Assembly: GCA_050013075.1 (NCBI GenBank)
Contig: JBEKFZ010000005.1
Location: forward strand, 16,065 to 80,064
DNA: 64,000 nucleotides
Direction: 5' to 3'
Source: Thermoguttaceae bacterium
GTDB taxonomy: Bacteria > Planctomycetota > Planctomycetia > Pirellulales > Thermoguttaceae
Shown: positions 7,866 through 16,627 of the stretch, in pieces
How positions within the stretch are numbered: the stretch's first letter is position 1
How the letters are laid out: the number at the start of each line of letters is the position of its first letter
Made by a program: the position numbers and the translations under genes
Notes under the pieces: generated by a model
Database searches by the model: none
Told to the model about the DNA's origin: nothing
What the model saw: the letters and a program-made list of their open reading frames with translations, nothing else

Positions 7866-10661
7866 CTACTGAGTGTCGGGGTTGTTGGCAACAGTAGTCG
7901 CCAGTATGCGAGACGACCGACTCCATCGCTTCATTACGGCATCAAGTCCCGTTTTGCCGGAAAGCAAAAATCGGAGTAGACTGCGCCCGTTGTACCTACA
8001 AGTCTCCACCACGCTCAACATAACGAGCGCCTCATTCAGTGAATGCTCGGTGAACAACCCTTCGCCTGTCCGTTTGTATTTTGCAAAGCTCTTCGCCGCA
8101 TGTTCAGCGCTATTGTTGTTCCAAGGTACCCCGTCGAAGTCCAAGAACGTGAACAGCCTATCCCCGTATTTTCGGAATCGCTTTTGGTACCGCAAAGCCA
8201 CTTCTGAACCGAAAGGCGTCTGACGCACGCGCTCAATAAACTCTATTGCGATGCTCCTGTGTTTGTGCAAATGCCGCTTCTTCAGCCCATAGCGGTCAAT
8301 AGTGTCGATGATCCCGCGCAGGACTCTTCCGAACTCACCGGCAATCTCCTTGAACTCCTCATCAAAAGGGCTGTTTTTTAAGTCGTCATTGAAGTCCCTC
8401 AAAAGGTGCAGAAGGCACTTTTGCTGTGGACAGTCAATGCTGTCGTATGCGCTGTAGAAGTCCGAGATTAGCACACCATGAAAGTCCGCCAGCATTTCCT
8501 TTAGAAAATCCCCAGAACGCGACTCCTTGTAGAGATACCATACTGCATCAAGCGTAGCAAATATCCACACGTAACCTTTGGTCTTTCTAATCGCCACATC
8601 TGTCTCATCAATATGAAGGACTGGGCTTGCGAGAATGTGTTGACGAATCTCCTCGTATAGCCCCGTAAACGATGCGATAACTTGCCGCTTAAAACCATAC
8701 AGCCTGTTCCTATCAATGTTGATCCCAAAGAGGTCGTACAGGGTGGAGCCGACTGTTGACATGTTCTCTCTGCACGCGAAATTCAGATACACACACCATC
8801 TTGCCAAGTTGTCTCCATGCCTTTTCCGCGACTCGGGCCACTCGGCTGGCAGAAACGTTTTCCTACATCGTTTGCAGAGGTACCGATTGGATACGTATTC
8901 AACTACCCATCGCTTTACCCCGCCTGGTGAAAATCGCAGATCGGCAACACGCCGACGAACTCTGGCGCAAGGTTTTATCTTCCTGCTGTTGCAGTGCGAG
9001 CAGCGCTTGCACACTAGGTCGATGCGCTTGTTCACCCGGAGCTTTCGTGCTTTTCTCTTCTTGGCTCTTTCGATGCTTGCGATCCTTCGATTTGTGCGTA
9101 AGAACACCCTTTCGCGTTGATAGTCAAAATACGCGCATTCGCTTGCTCGTTCAAGGTCTTTCAACACAAATGTCGGTCTACCCCATCTACGAGAAGCCTT
9201 TGCGAGCTGGCTCGTATGGATGACGCTCGATTGCTCAGCACCCGACAAGGCAGGCTGGTTTTCTGTGGTAGCTGTGGAGTGGATAAAGTCGCAAATCGTC
9301 TTTAGAGCTGCGCAGTCGTCTTGGTTGTACTTGATGAGCCGCCGTTTCAGGGATAGATCACCGCTTTGTTTCCATTGCTCGCGCCAGATGATACTTTGGA
9401 TACCTGTCGCATTCGAGTCAGTCCACTTGAATCCAAGGTACGTGGCGATGTCCTTGAGACTGTTAGAATGGATTGGGAAGTATATCTGTGAACTGACAAG
9501 CGTAAGGACGTTCGTTGATGCTTTTACAAACCTTTCCAGGATTGGTCCGAACTGCGGCTGGCAAATGCGGCGGGCGCGCTTGAGTGCTGTGGCATCGTAG
9601 CTTCCAAAATGGAATAGGTGAGCATCCGGGAAGCTGGAAACCGTTTCGCCGAACTTCTCAAAGATGGATGCTTGTTCCTCCTCAGAGTCGGCCCAGAGGG
9701 TGTGGTACTCGTCTCTATTCTGATGGACAACCAGCATCCCAATGAGGTAATAGAAATCGGGATTGGGAAGCCCCTCAATATCATAATAGATGGCTGGGCT
9801 AGCCGGAGGGAGGCGTGGTGTGCCATGCACATGAACTTTCTGTGTGCGTAATGCCAATGCTTGGAGGCTGAATTGGTGAGGCTTCGGCGGTCTTTTTGCT
9901 CGCTTTGATGGCTTTCGATAGCGGTAAGTGTAGGAAAGCTGGTTTACGGTGAAGATGCCCTTCCGATTCTGAGCGGCGATTTCACGTTCCGTCATTCCAC
10001 CGAGTAGGCTCAGGTCGTCGGAGGCGATGGCCTCGTTCCGACAGCGTGTACGGTATTCGCACACCGAGCAATGCTGGTTTAGAATACGTGGCGGAACTGC
10101 ATCCGGGTTGGAATATGCCTGAACAGTTGCTATTAACTGGCGTACACGTTTTTGCAGTCCAAACAGCTTAACCCTGCGGGAAGAATGAGTCGGTCCGAAG
10201 ATTATGGTACCATAGCTGGGAATATGCCCTTGCAGTTCGCCAATCGCCAAGCTCTTGAATGCCAACAGGAGTGTTGCAGCTCTCGTGGGCACGTCATGGT
10301 AGCATAGCTGAATGGGCTGATAGAGAAATTCACCGAGAGGAGATGTGCCAGTCACTCTTTGAATCGCATCAATAGTTGCTGATAGATGCGACACACGTAT
10401 TTTTGCGTTGAGTATTAGCGGTTTCCCTTTCTGTAGCGTATGGACGGTAAGTGGTGGGCTTTTAAGAACGTCGGTGTCCTGATGCTGGCTTAGCCATTGG
10501 CCTTCAACTAACTGGCAGTAGGCGATGCGTTGGGCGGCGCAATGTCGCTCGAAATCGGAGGGTTCGCCGACTGTGTTGTTGATCGTCAGGTACGCCTTGT
10601 ACCGGCAATGAAGTAGCGCTTCAAGGGCGGCGTCATTGACTAAAGGGGTGTGTTGTGCCAC
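7866..10661 (-). CDS. Fusion protein: N-terminal RecB-like/TM0106-type nuclease plus RNase H-like exonuclease module, joined to a C-terminal IS66-family DDE transposase
   Basis: N-terminal part: Cys at LHCRYKAYL plus QHCSVCEYRTRC (Cas4/RecB-like 4-Cys), an HhH-like LSLLGGMTEREIAAQ, and YYDIEGLP...FHFGSYD...YNQDDCAALK (DEDD-like RNase H fold). C-terminal part: Zn ribbon CKRCSHC...CKRCRKTF, then HIDETDVAIRKTKGYVWIFA...VLISDFYSAYD...QQKCLLHLLRDF (IS66 DDE signature). Confidence 0.75.
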   Translation of the reverse strand: MAQHTPLVNDAALEALLHCRYKAYLTINNTVGEPSDFERHCAAQRIAYCQLVEGQWLSQHQDTDVLKSPPLTVHTLQKGKPLILNAKIRVSHLSATIDAIQRVTGTSPLGEFLYQPIQLCYHDVPTRAATLLLAFKSLAIGELQGHIPSYGTIIFGPTHSSRRVKLFGLQKRVRQLIATVQAYSNPDAVPPRILNQHCSVCEYRTRCRNEAIASDDLSLLGGMTEREIAAQNRKGIFTVNQLSYTYRYRKPSKRAKRPPKPHQFSLQALALRTQKVHVHGTPRLPPASPAIYYDIEGLPNPDFYYLIGMLVVHQNRDEYHTLWADSEEEQASIFEKFGETVSSFPDAHLFHFGSYDATALKRARRICQPQFGPILERFVKASTNVLTLVSSQIYFPIHSNSLKDIATYLGFKWTDSNATGIQSIIWREQWKQSGDLSLKRRLIKYNQDDCAALKTICDFIHSTATTENQPALSGAEQSSVIHTSQLAKASRRWGRPTFVLKDLERASECAYFDYQRERVFLRTNRRIASIERAKKRKARKLRVNKRIDLVCKRCSHCNSRKIKPCARVRRRVADLRFSPGGVKRWVVEYVSNRYLCKRCRKTFLPAEWPESRKRHGDNLARWCVYLNFACRENMSTVGSTLYDLFGINIDRNRLYGFKRQVIASFTGLYEEIRQHILASPVLHIDETDVAIRKTKGYVWIFATLDAVWYLYKESRSGDFLKEMLADFHGVLISDFYSAYDSIDCPQQKCLLHLLRDFNDDLKNSPFDEEFKEIAGEFGRVLRGIIDTIDRYGLKKRHLHKHRSIAIEFIERVRQTPFGSEVALRYQKRFRKYGDRLFTFLDFDGVPWNNNSAEHAAKSFAKYKRTGEGLFTEHSLNEALVMLSVVETCRYNGRSLLRFLLSGKTGLDAVMKRWSRSSRILATTVANNPDTQ

Positions 10662-10988
10662 GATTCACCTCAACTGGACAGAAAAAGAGAATGTCGTGTA
10701 CTCAGACGATTCTGTTCTCCTAGCCAGCCCAAGCGTTGGACCCGGCGGCGGTATGATCCTGTGGTCATGCGAACCCGTCAACGAAAGAAGAGGGCATCGA
10801 ACTAGGCCCGCTCCAGGAACCCCGGCGAAGGGGCGCAAGAGAACAGTACCCAGCCGACACCCCCAAGGCGGGGGCGCGGTCTAAGCACTGCTTCTCTTAC
10901 TCAAGGGTCTGCGTAGACCCTCGTTCGCCGTTTTCCTGGAAGCAGTAACCTGACGCTGCGCGTCAATTTCGAGTTGTGCTGTTAGTTT

Positions 10989-11531
10989 ATGTCGTGTTGG
11001 CCCCCGCTGCAATCCCCAGCCGCGTGCGCGGCCGAAGAGGGACCCTCCCCCGTTGCGCCAGCGGCCCATAGACGGCCGCGTACTGTGGGCATGGTGACTT
11101 TCGACGTGCCTTCTCTCTCCATCGACGCTAGGGGCCTTGGCAGCGGCGGATTGAAAAAACTCGGCACGGGCATGCTGACCCTTTCGGACAATGCCACCTA
11201 CTTGGGCGACACCACAATCGACAGCGGCTGCCTGCAACTAAACGGCGCCAACTCAGTGCTGCACACCATTACCGGCGCCGGCAACCTCGGCGTGGGCAAC
11301 GGAGTCATTCCTTCCATGCTCACCGCCGATAGCGTCCAAGTGGGCACACTGACTATCGGCGCCGGCTCGATATTGACCATCGCACCCATTCCCGGCGGCC
11401 CACTTGCAGAAAGAAACTCATTGACTTCGGTTCCGGAGCCATCGGTTTGGGCAATGCTCATGCTAGCCGCTATGGGACTGGGAATTTATAGGTGTCGCTG
11501 TCACTGTTGCATCAAGTCATCCCTTTTTTAG
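10989..11531 (+). pseudogene. 3' fragment of an autotransporter-beta-strand-repeat / PEP-CTERM protein gene (passenger region missing)
   Basis: In-frame TAG two codons upstream of the ATG. Only the last ~140 aa look genuine: GTGMLTLSDNATYLGDTTIDSGCLQL repeats plus the VPEPSVWAMLMLAAMGLGIYRCR anchor. Compare the intact 541-aa paralogue-like gene at 33643-35265. Confidence 0.6.
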
Positions 11532-12003
11532 GAATGCCAATTATCCACCGATTTCTCGGACGGACTGGCCGCCCAATTTTCCATGCGTCGGACCGGGGAG
11601 CCCCGGGTCGTTGCCGACCCGGGGCTCCCACAGATCCGTGCTCGCATTAGAGCATACGGTTATGGCGTTACATAATAGAGTTGGCAGCCCAGGGTGTAGA
11701 GCCTACGCCCGCGAATCTTGCGGGGCTTTATCGCCGTGATGGTGTCGAATTTCCATCGGCTGACATTGGCGAGTTGATGGGTGCCGCGTGTGCAACGTCC
11801 GCAACGGCCCCGCAACACGCCCTGCCACTTTGACCAAAACGTGGCCCGGCAGTGGCGGACCAGTGACGCTATGTGTGTTGTCCGCATAGCAGCCAGTAGT
11901 CGGCAATGGTCTACGGCGAATTAGGCCACCAGGTAGCGAATCCTTGAAATTATCTGTTTTGAACTTCCGCCTCGAAGACGCAACTCTAATCCGCACAATA
12001 AGA

Positions 12004-12038
12004 AAGCCCTTCGACATGCTTGCCGAAGGGCTTATTTT
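12004..12038 (+). terminator. Hairpin/terminator abutting the 44-bp att repeat
   Basis: AAGCCCTTCG (12004-12013) pairs with CGAAGGGCTT (12024-12033) and is followed by ATTTT. Confidence 0.45.
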
Positions 12039-12045
12039 GAACAAC

Positions 12046-12089
12046 AGTCGGGGCGACTGGATTTGAACCAGCGACCTCTTGGTCCCGAA
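12046..12089. repeat. Distal att direct repeat (44 bp = 3' half of tRNA-Pro)
   Basis: AGTCGGGGCGACTGGATTTGAACCAGCGACCTCTTGGTCCCGAA is identical to 55011-55054. Confidence 0.9.
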
Positions 12090-12216
12090 TTATGTTTTTG
12101 GAACTGCCGAAAACACCCGAAAACCAAAGCACGCTATGAATTTACCATGCTTCGATAGCATTTGCAAGTAGTTGCAAATAGTATTCGTATTTTGCGGGAA
12201 ATAAGCGTATTTTTGA

Positions 12217-12324
12217 GTGTACACGTGTACGAAAAAATGTGAATGTGCGTACATTGACCGCTATCGTAATGCACCCAGAGGTCACTGGTTTTTTTACAAA
12301 GCATAAAACGTCTTGGTACACGTC
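12217..12324. promoter_or_regulatory. Cluster of GTACACGT-type motifs just inside the distal att site (candidate arm-type recombinase sites)
   Basis: GTGTACACGTGTACG (12217-12231; GTACACGT in both orientations) and GGTACACGTC (12315-12324). The same octamer occurs at 54927-54934 between int and the proximal att. Confidence 0.35.
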
Positions 12325-12514
12325 TTAGCACACACGTTAGTAAAGCGATCATCTTTTATGGAGTCGAGGGCCACGGCGTCGAGAAATCAATGTGGGGCTT
12401 GTAGGTGCCAGTGACACCTGTTTTAGACTACTGAACAGACAAGGAAAATGCCAGTCCACCCCCTCTTGTCATGCACCCGGCCTAGATTAATGCTAACATT
12501 CGATAGGCAGTAAT

Positions 12515-12599
12515 GGCCGGATATACTGCCCCCTCCGGCTATAGCCTATTAAATGTTGCCCCCATGACTATGTGTGTGTGATCATGGGGGTCTTTTATT
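12515..12599 (+). ncRNA. Candidate small RNA unit A (hairpin + linker + intrinsic terminator)
   Basis: Stem GCCGGA/TCCGGC with a loop containing CTGCCCC, linker TATAGCCTATTAAATGTT, then terminator CCCCCATGA...TCATGGGGG + TCTTTTATT. Confidence 0.3.
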
Positions 12600-12695
12600 G
12601 GTTGATCAACCCAGCCTGGGCATCGGGTTATGAACACCCGTCCATATTGCAATACTGCTGGATCAGGATAGGTTAAAAGTCGATGGGCTTCTTTA

Positions 12696-12777
12696 GGCTG
12701 GATTCCCTGCCCCATCCGGCCACGCCTATCAAATACAGCCCCCATGCCCACTAATCTGGACATGGGGGTTTTTGTTT
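12696..12777 (+). ncRNA. Candidate small RNA unit B (paralogue of unit A)
   Basis: Stem GGCTGGAT/ATCCGGCC with loop TCCCTGCCC, linker ACGCCTATCAAATACA, then terminator CCCCCATG...CATGGGGG + TTTTTGTTT. Confidence 0.3.
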
Positions 12778-13112
12778 GAAGGTTAATCTCCACGGCGTCG
12801 AGCACCCCTGCATGGGCGTCGCGACTTGGCGTTACTCAACCCCCCCGCTCTCCCTCTTTCTGGGTGATTGAACTTTAATCTTTGATATCGCAAAAGTAAG
12901 TGCGTTCGTTTTAACTTAAAGGCTTCTAGCCATGAGGCAGCGTTAGCACCCGGATATTCCGTTTCTGATCATATCAGAACCGTCCGGAGTGCGCTCTTTA
13001 ACACGGCTCGTTTGCTGCGGGCCAATCTTCAACAGTTCAACTGGCAGGGATTTCCTGCTTGTGTTTTTATTTCAGGGCGGCAAGCCGCCCGCAACGTTAA
13101 GGGAGGTGTAAG

Positions 13113-13667
13113 ATGAGAAGGTCGATTTTTTTTGTTTTGATGGTATTACTATTTTGGATGGTTAATCTTGATATGATGCTGGCGGCAGATTACCAGTTCA
13201 TCAGAAGTGTTGGCAGTTCTGGTTACGGGAATGGACAGTTTAGGAATCCTGGCAGCATAGCCGTGGACCTATCTGGGAACGTTTGGGTTGCCGATTCAAA
13301 TAACAGTCGCATTCAGGAGTTTGACAGCAGTGGAAATTTTCTAAGAACCTTTGGCAGTTATGGTACCGGGAACGAGCAATTAGAAGGTGTTCAGGGTATA
13401 GATGTAGACTTGTCAGGAAACATTTGGGTCGCCGATACAAATAACTATCGCATTCAGAAATTTGATAGTAACGGAACATATCTCACTGAGTTTGGGGACG
13501 GGCAATTCTGCGATGTGGCTGTGGATTTATCAGGGAACGTTTGGGTTTCTGATTGGGGTAACAACCGCATCCTGGAATTCAGCATGGTTCCCGAACCCTC
13601 CACCCTTGTCCTTCTCGGCATCGGTGCCATCAGCCTCCTTGTCTATGCTTGGCGACGGAGGAAGTGA
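13113..13667 (+). CDS. NHL-repeat protein with PEP-CTERM sorting signal
   Basis: Signal peptide, then repeats SGNVWVADSNNSRIQEFD / SGNIWVADTNNYRIQKFD / SGNVWVSDWGNNRILEF. C-terminal VPEPSTLVLLGIGAISLLVYAWRRRK. GGGAGG Shine-Dalgarno sequence upstream. Confidence 0.85.
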   Translation: MRRSIFFVLMVLLFWMVNLDMMLAADYQFIRSVGSSGYGNGQFRNPGSIAVDLSGNVWVADSNNSRIQEFDSSGNFLRTFGSYGTGNEQLEGVQGIDVDLSGNIWVADTNNYRIQKFDSNGTYLTEFGDGQFCDVAVDLSGNVWVSDWGNNRILEFSMVPEPSTLVLLGIGAISLLVYAWRRRK

Positions 13668-13693
13668 TACATTGTTCCCCAAGTTGCAAGACT

Positions 13694-13857
13694 CGCCACC
13701 CTGAGTGGATTTGTACTCCAAATTGATAAAGAACATAATCGTAATCACGCCGAATATTGAACGCCAAAGGTACCCTTTGTGGTACCGGTTGCAAAAATCT
13801 CCTAGACGTTTGGTAGAATCAGCGGATTGAGCATCCGCTTTAAGAATTTTTACGCTA
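13694..13857. repeat. Left copy of a ~165-bp inverted repeat
   Basis: Reverse complement of 19575-19739: the first ~85 nt differ at a single position, the middle is ~70% identical, and the terminal hairpin part is identical. Weaker homology extends into the PEP-CTERM codons (13596-13667 vs 19767-19850). Confidence 0.9.
13821..13851 (+). terminator. Intrinsic terminator of the NHL/PEP-CTERM gene (inside the inverted repeat)
   Basis: AGCGGAT-TGAGC-ATCCGCT followed by TTAAGAATTTTT. The mirrored copy at ~19581-19611 serves the minus-strand PEP-CTERM relic. Confidence 0.6.
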
Positions 13858-14484
13858 TCTTTCTTGCTTTCGGCGTGGTCAATTTCTGGGCCTTCTTCGT
13901 GGTGGTATTCTTGATAGCCATTTATCATGTCCTTTCGTATTGGGAATTCTTGTGGATTGCGACCTCCGCGACCAATCAGGACAGACAGTTACCTCGGGTC
14001 TACGAAAAGCTCAAGCTGATAGTTAAAGGAATTGCAGTGGGTTACAGCAGCGAAATGGGGCATGTCGAGAACCTCATACCGCACGAGTTTACAACATGTA
14101 GATACACGATATGGCAATTTTGGACTCCAGCCAACTAGTAATTAAGCAGAAAGCTTGGAGCCGGAGAGATCTGACGAAAAACCAAGGGTTCTTGACAGGT
14201 GGCGTCAGACAACTAAGTTGATGGAATGGCCGAATTACTGACGCCCGAGGAAGTGAAGGTTCCTGAACATGGCCATCCGCGCCAGGGTTGGCGAGCGTCT
14301 GCACCAGCTCGTCGCGGCCAGGCAGAACGGCGAACCAAATGGACTCACCAGTATCCTAGCTATAATGACACCGAAGTTATCATGTTGCGCGCCGGCTGAT
14401 AAATCTGGTTCGGGCGGTTGATCTCGATCAGCTAGCGAGCGTATGCTCGGGCAGCGGGGTGGATGGGTATGGAAAGTTGAAAGG

Positions 14485-15459
14485 ATGTTTTTTTACTTCG
14501 ACGAGTCAGGTGGGTTTGAGACGCAGCCGCAGGGTCATCGTGCTGGAATCGTCGTCGGTGTGGTTCTTCCCGAGTCAACACGCGACAACGTTTTCGGCCG
14601 GTTTCAGAAGTTTCTCGCAACCCTGAGCCCCAATGAGTACGATCGCGGCGAGCCGAAAGGTGCTCGCCTCAGTGACGACAGCAGAAGCCGATTCTCTAAG
14701 TTGTTGGCCGACTGCCAGGACTTGCTGCTGGCGGTTACGATGCTTGACCTTACGCCGCTAGCGCAGTTGGACGCTAAGACACTCTGCGAGTCCATCGTCA
14801 AGCGGCTCAACTGGTGGGCCGGACAATGCCGCTACCAGACACTGCGCGATGAGGTGACCCTGCTGGCAAAGCAAGCGGGAAACCTCAGTGTGCCGCAGAC
14901 GCTTCGCCTTGCCGCGACGGCCAGGTGCATCATGCGAGCCCTGGACCACGCAGTCATTCGCTTCGCGGGCGATTGTTACCGGCCGTGCTGGAACGCGATC
15001 AGCTTCGAGTTGGACGCGGTTCAGACGCGGCCGGGCAGCCGGGAGCAGCAGGTCTTCGAGACGCTCCTCCCGGCGTGGATTACGGCTTGGAGTATAAAGA
15101 ACCCAATCACCCTGGTCGAGGAACTGCATACGCCGGATCATCCTTTTGTGAAGCAGTACGACCGGGCCAACGGGATCGACCTGGGAGCCATACTCCGAAA
15201 TAACGTACATTGGCGGTCATCTGCGGGTAACCCAGGTATCCAAATCGCTGACATGGCGGCAACCGTTGTGTCGCGGGCCGTGCATGGTATAACAACGGGG
15301 CGCGAGTTGAAAGACTATGGCACTTTGATGAAACGGGCGTTGGTGTCCCGAGCAGACATAGGAATCTTATCTGTCACTGAAACCTCGGAAGAGGACATCG
15401 CTCGGCGTTATGCTGGCCTGCTTGGTGCGGTCCACGCTGTTCGTCGGCATGAGCGGTAG
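14485..15459 (+). CDS. DUF3800-like protein
   Basis: MFFYFDESGGF matches the DUF3800 N-terminal hYhDESG motif, as I recall it. The ORF-track start at 14443 is probably too far upstream. Confidence 0.65.
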   Translation: MFFYFDESGGFETQPQGHRAGIVVGVVLPESTRDNVFGRFQKFLATLSPNEYDRGEPKGARLSDDSRSRFSKLLADCQDLLLAVTMLDLTPLAQLDAKTLCESIVKRLNWWAGQCRYQTLRDEVTLLAKQAGNLSVPQTLRLAATARCIMRALDHAVIRFAGDCYRPCWNAISFELDAVQTRPGSREQQVFETLLPAWITAWSIKNPITLVEELHTPDHPFVKQYDRANGIDLGAILRNNVHWRSSAGNPGIQIADMAATVVSRAVHGITTGRELKDYGTLMKRALVSRADIGILSVTETSEEDIARRYAGLLGAVHAVRRHER

Positions 15460-15807
15460 CGACGATTGGTACTCATGCGGCGGCGGGATGCAAAGGGGAA
15501 CATTGGTGGCGCGTCTGGCGAACAAACCGCCAGCGGCAAAAGCGATGAAGGGCTTGACAACCTGGAGCAAGTAGCCCGTCCCACTTCCCGCCGCCGTACT
15601 TAAACGATACCCGCCCGACAAGCAAGAGAAGGCCACGCTCCTGGTTCTGGAGCAGGCCGAGATGCACTCTCGATGAGATTTCGGCTTCTGTTGGGGCTCC
15701 GATGCAATCCGTGTCGGCTCACCTTCGGGATCTCCGAAAGCCAAAACATGGAGGGCACACGGTCGAGAGAAAATCGCTTGGGAAAGGACTATTTAGCTAT
15801 CGGCTTT

Positions 15808-16560
15808 TCATTCCTCCTCCGGCCTTTCAAGCGTAATCTTTTGGCCTTCAAGACAGGGCAAATGATCAAGTAGCGATTGAAACTTCGTGCAACCCGTCAT
15901 TAGAAGCTGCGCATATTTAAGACCGACGCGCCGAATCATCTTCGTACTCTCAGCACTATTGCTTCGTCCACATTTTCCCGAGATACAACGCGGATGATCA
16001 ACTCCCGTTACCATGTAGTCCGCCAACGGAACAGGGGCAGTAAGCACAATGTCGTAAATTGCTTTATTTTTTCGGTAAAGTTTCTTCTTGAGACTGCTGA
16101 AGTAGGACTCTGGATTTACTACTCGCCATGATTTATTCTCGAAACTGTAGATCGGAATACCCGACTCATACTGCACAAAGAAATATCGGTTGCGGTCCTC
16201 ATCTTCACGCCGGAATACCATGAAGTGTCGGCCTACTAGGACAGAAATCGGGAACCTCATCAAGCAGGGACCATAGTAATTTCCATTTACGTTGAAATTG
16301 TTTAAACCGCACCAGACTCCTGGAACTGTCCACATTCCATGTTCCGGAAGACGCAATTGCCATTTGCTTCGAAGCAGCAACTCTCCCACGTTCAAGATCT
16401 CGTCCAATTCTTCCTCATGACATGCGTGGTATAGGAATCCTCCTAGACGATCCGATAACGAACCTGTCCACCGGAAATAGCCACGGAAATCCTCTTGATC
16501 GAATGGTTCTTGGTATGACGGCAACTTTGCCGCACTCTTTTTTGTTGCTACTTTTGGCAT
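15808..16560 (-). CDS. Hypothetical protein (250 aa), no confident domain
   Basis: Long ORF convergent with the DUF3800 gene. The segments FLYHACHEEELDEILNVG ... YDIVLTAPVPL only vaguely recall ADP-ribosyltransferase-fold families and are not assignable by eye. Confidence 0.6.
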   Translation of the reverse strand: MPKVATKKSAAKLPSYQEPFDQEDFRGYFRWTGSLSDRLGGFLYHACHEEELDEILNVGELLLRSKWQLRLPEHGMWTVPGVWCGLNNFNVNGNYYGPCLMRFPISVLVGRHFMVFRREDEDRNRYFFVQYESGIPIYSFENKSWRVVNPESYFSSLKKKLYRKNKAIYDIVLTAPVPLADYMVTGVDHPRCISGKCGRSNSAESTKMIRRVGLKYAQLLMTGCTKFQSLLDHLPCLEGQKITLERPEEE

Positions 16561-16627
16561 TCTTCACCTCAAGTTTCATTACGGTGGTGATTGTTAACAT
16601 GCAACAGTTGGCCTGATCGTCATGCGG

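Larger units (their letters stand above)
7587..12045. mobile_element. Putative older, decayed integrated segment between the two distal tRNA-Pro att relics
   Basis: Bounded by the 17-bp relic (7570-7586) and the 44-bp repeat (12046-12089). It contains a transposase fusion gene and a truncated PEP-CTERM gene, and no intact integrase. Confidence 0.4.

Noticed and set aside
7564-7872. 102-aa plus-strand ORF starting inside the att relic
   Set aside because: It is a Pro/Arg-rich translation with no motif, and it spans a relic junction. Probably non-coding.
11660-12044. Possible relic of an IS1595-type Zn-ribbon transposase N-terminus or of an integrase (MRTTHIASLVRHCRATFWSKWQGVLRGRCGRCTRG...RLYTLGCQLYYVTP)
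   Set aside because: The resemblance to the RWPxGxxCPxCG...YxCxxCxxxFSVT pattern needs several substitutions and shifts. It is too degenerate to call without a profile search.
12539-12805. 88-aa minus-strand ORF across the two hairpin-terminator units
   Set aside because: It runs antisense through two strong terminator hairpins, has no Shine-Dalgarno sequence and has an implausible sequence. The structured-RNA reading explains the conservation between the two units better.
14218-14392. Possible excisionase-like start (MAELLTPEEV...) upstream of the DUF3800 gene
   Set aside because: Only the first ~10 residues recall HTH_17 proteins. The rest does not, in any frame I tried.
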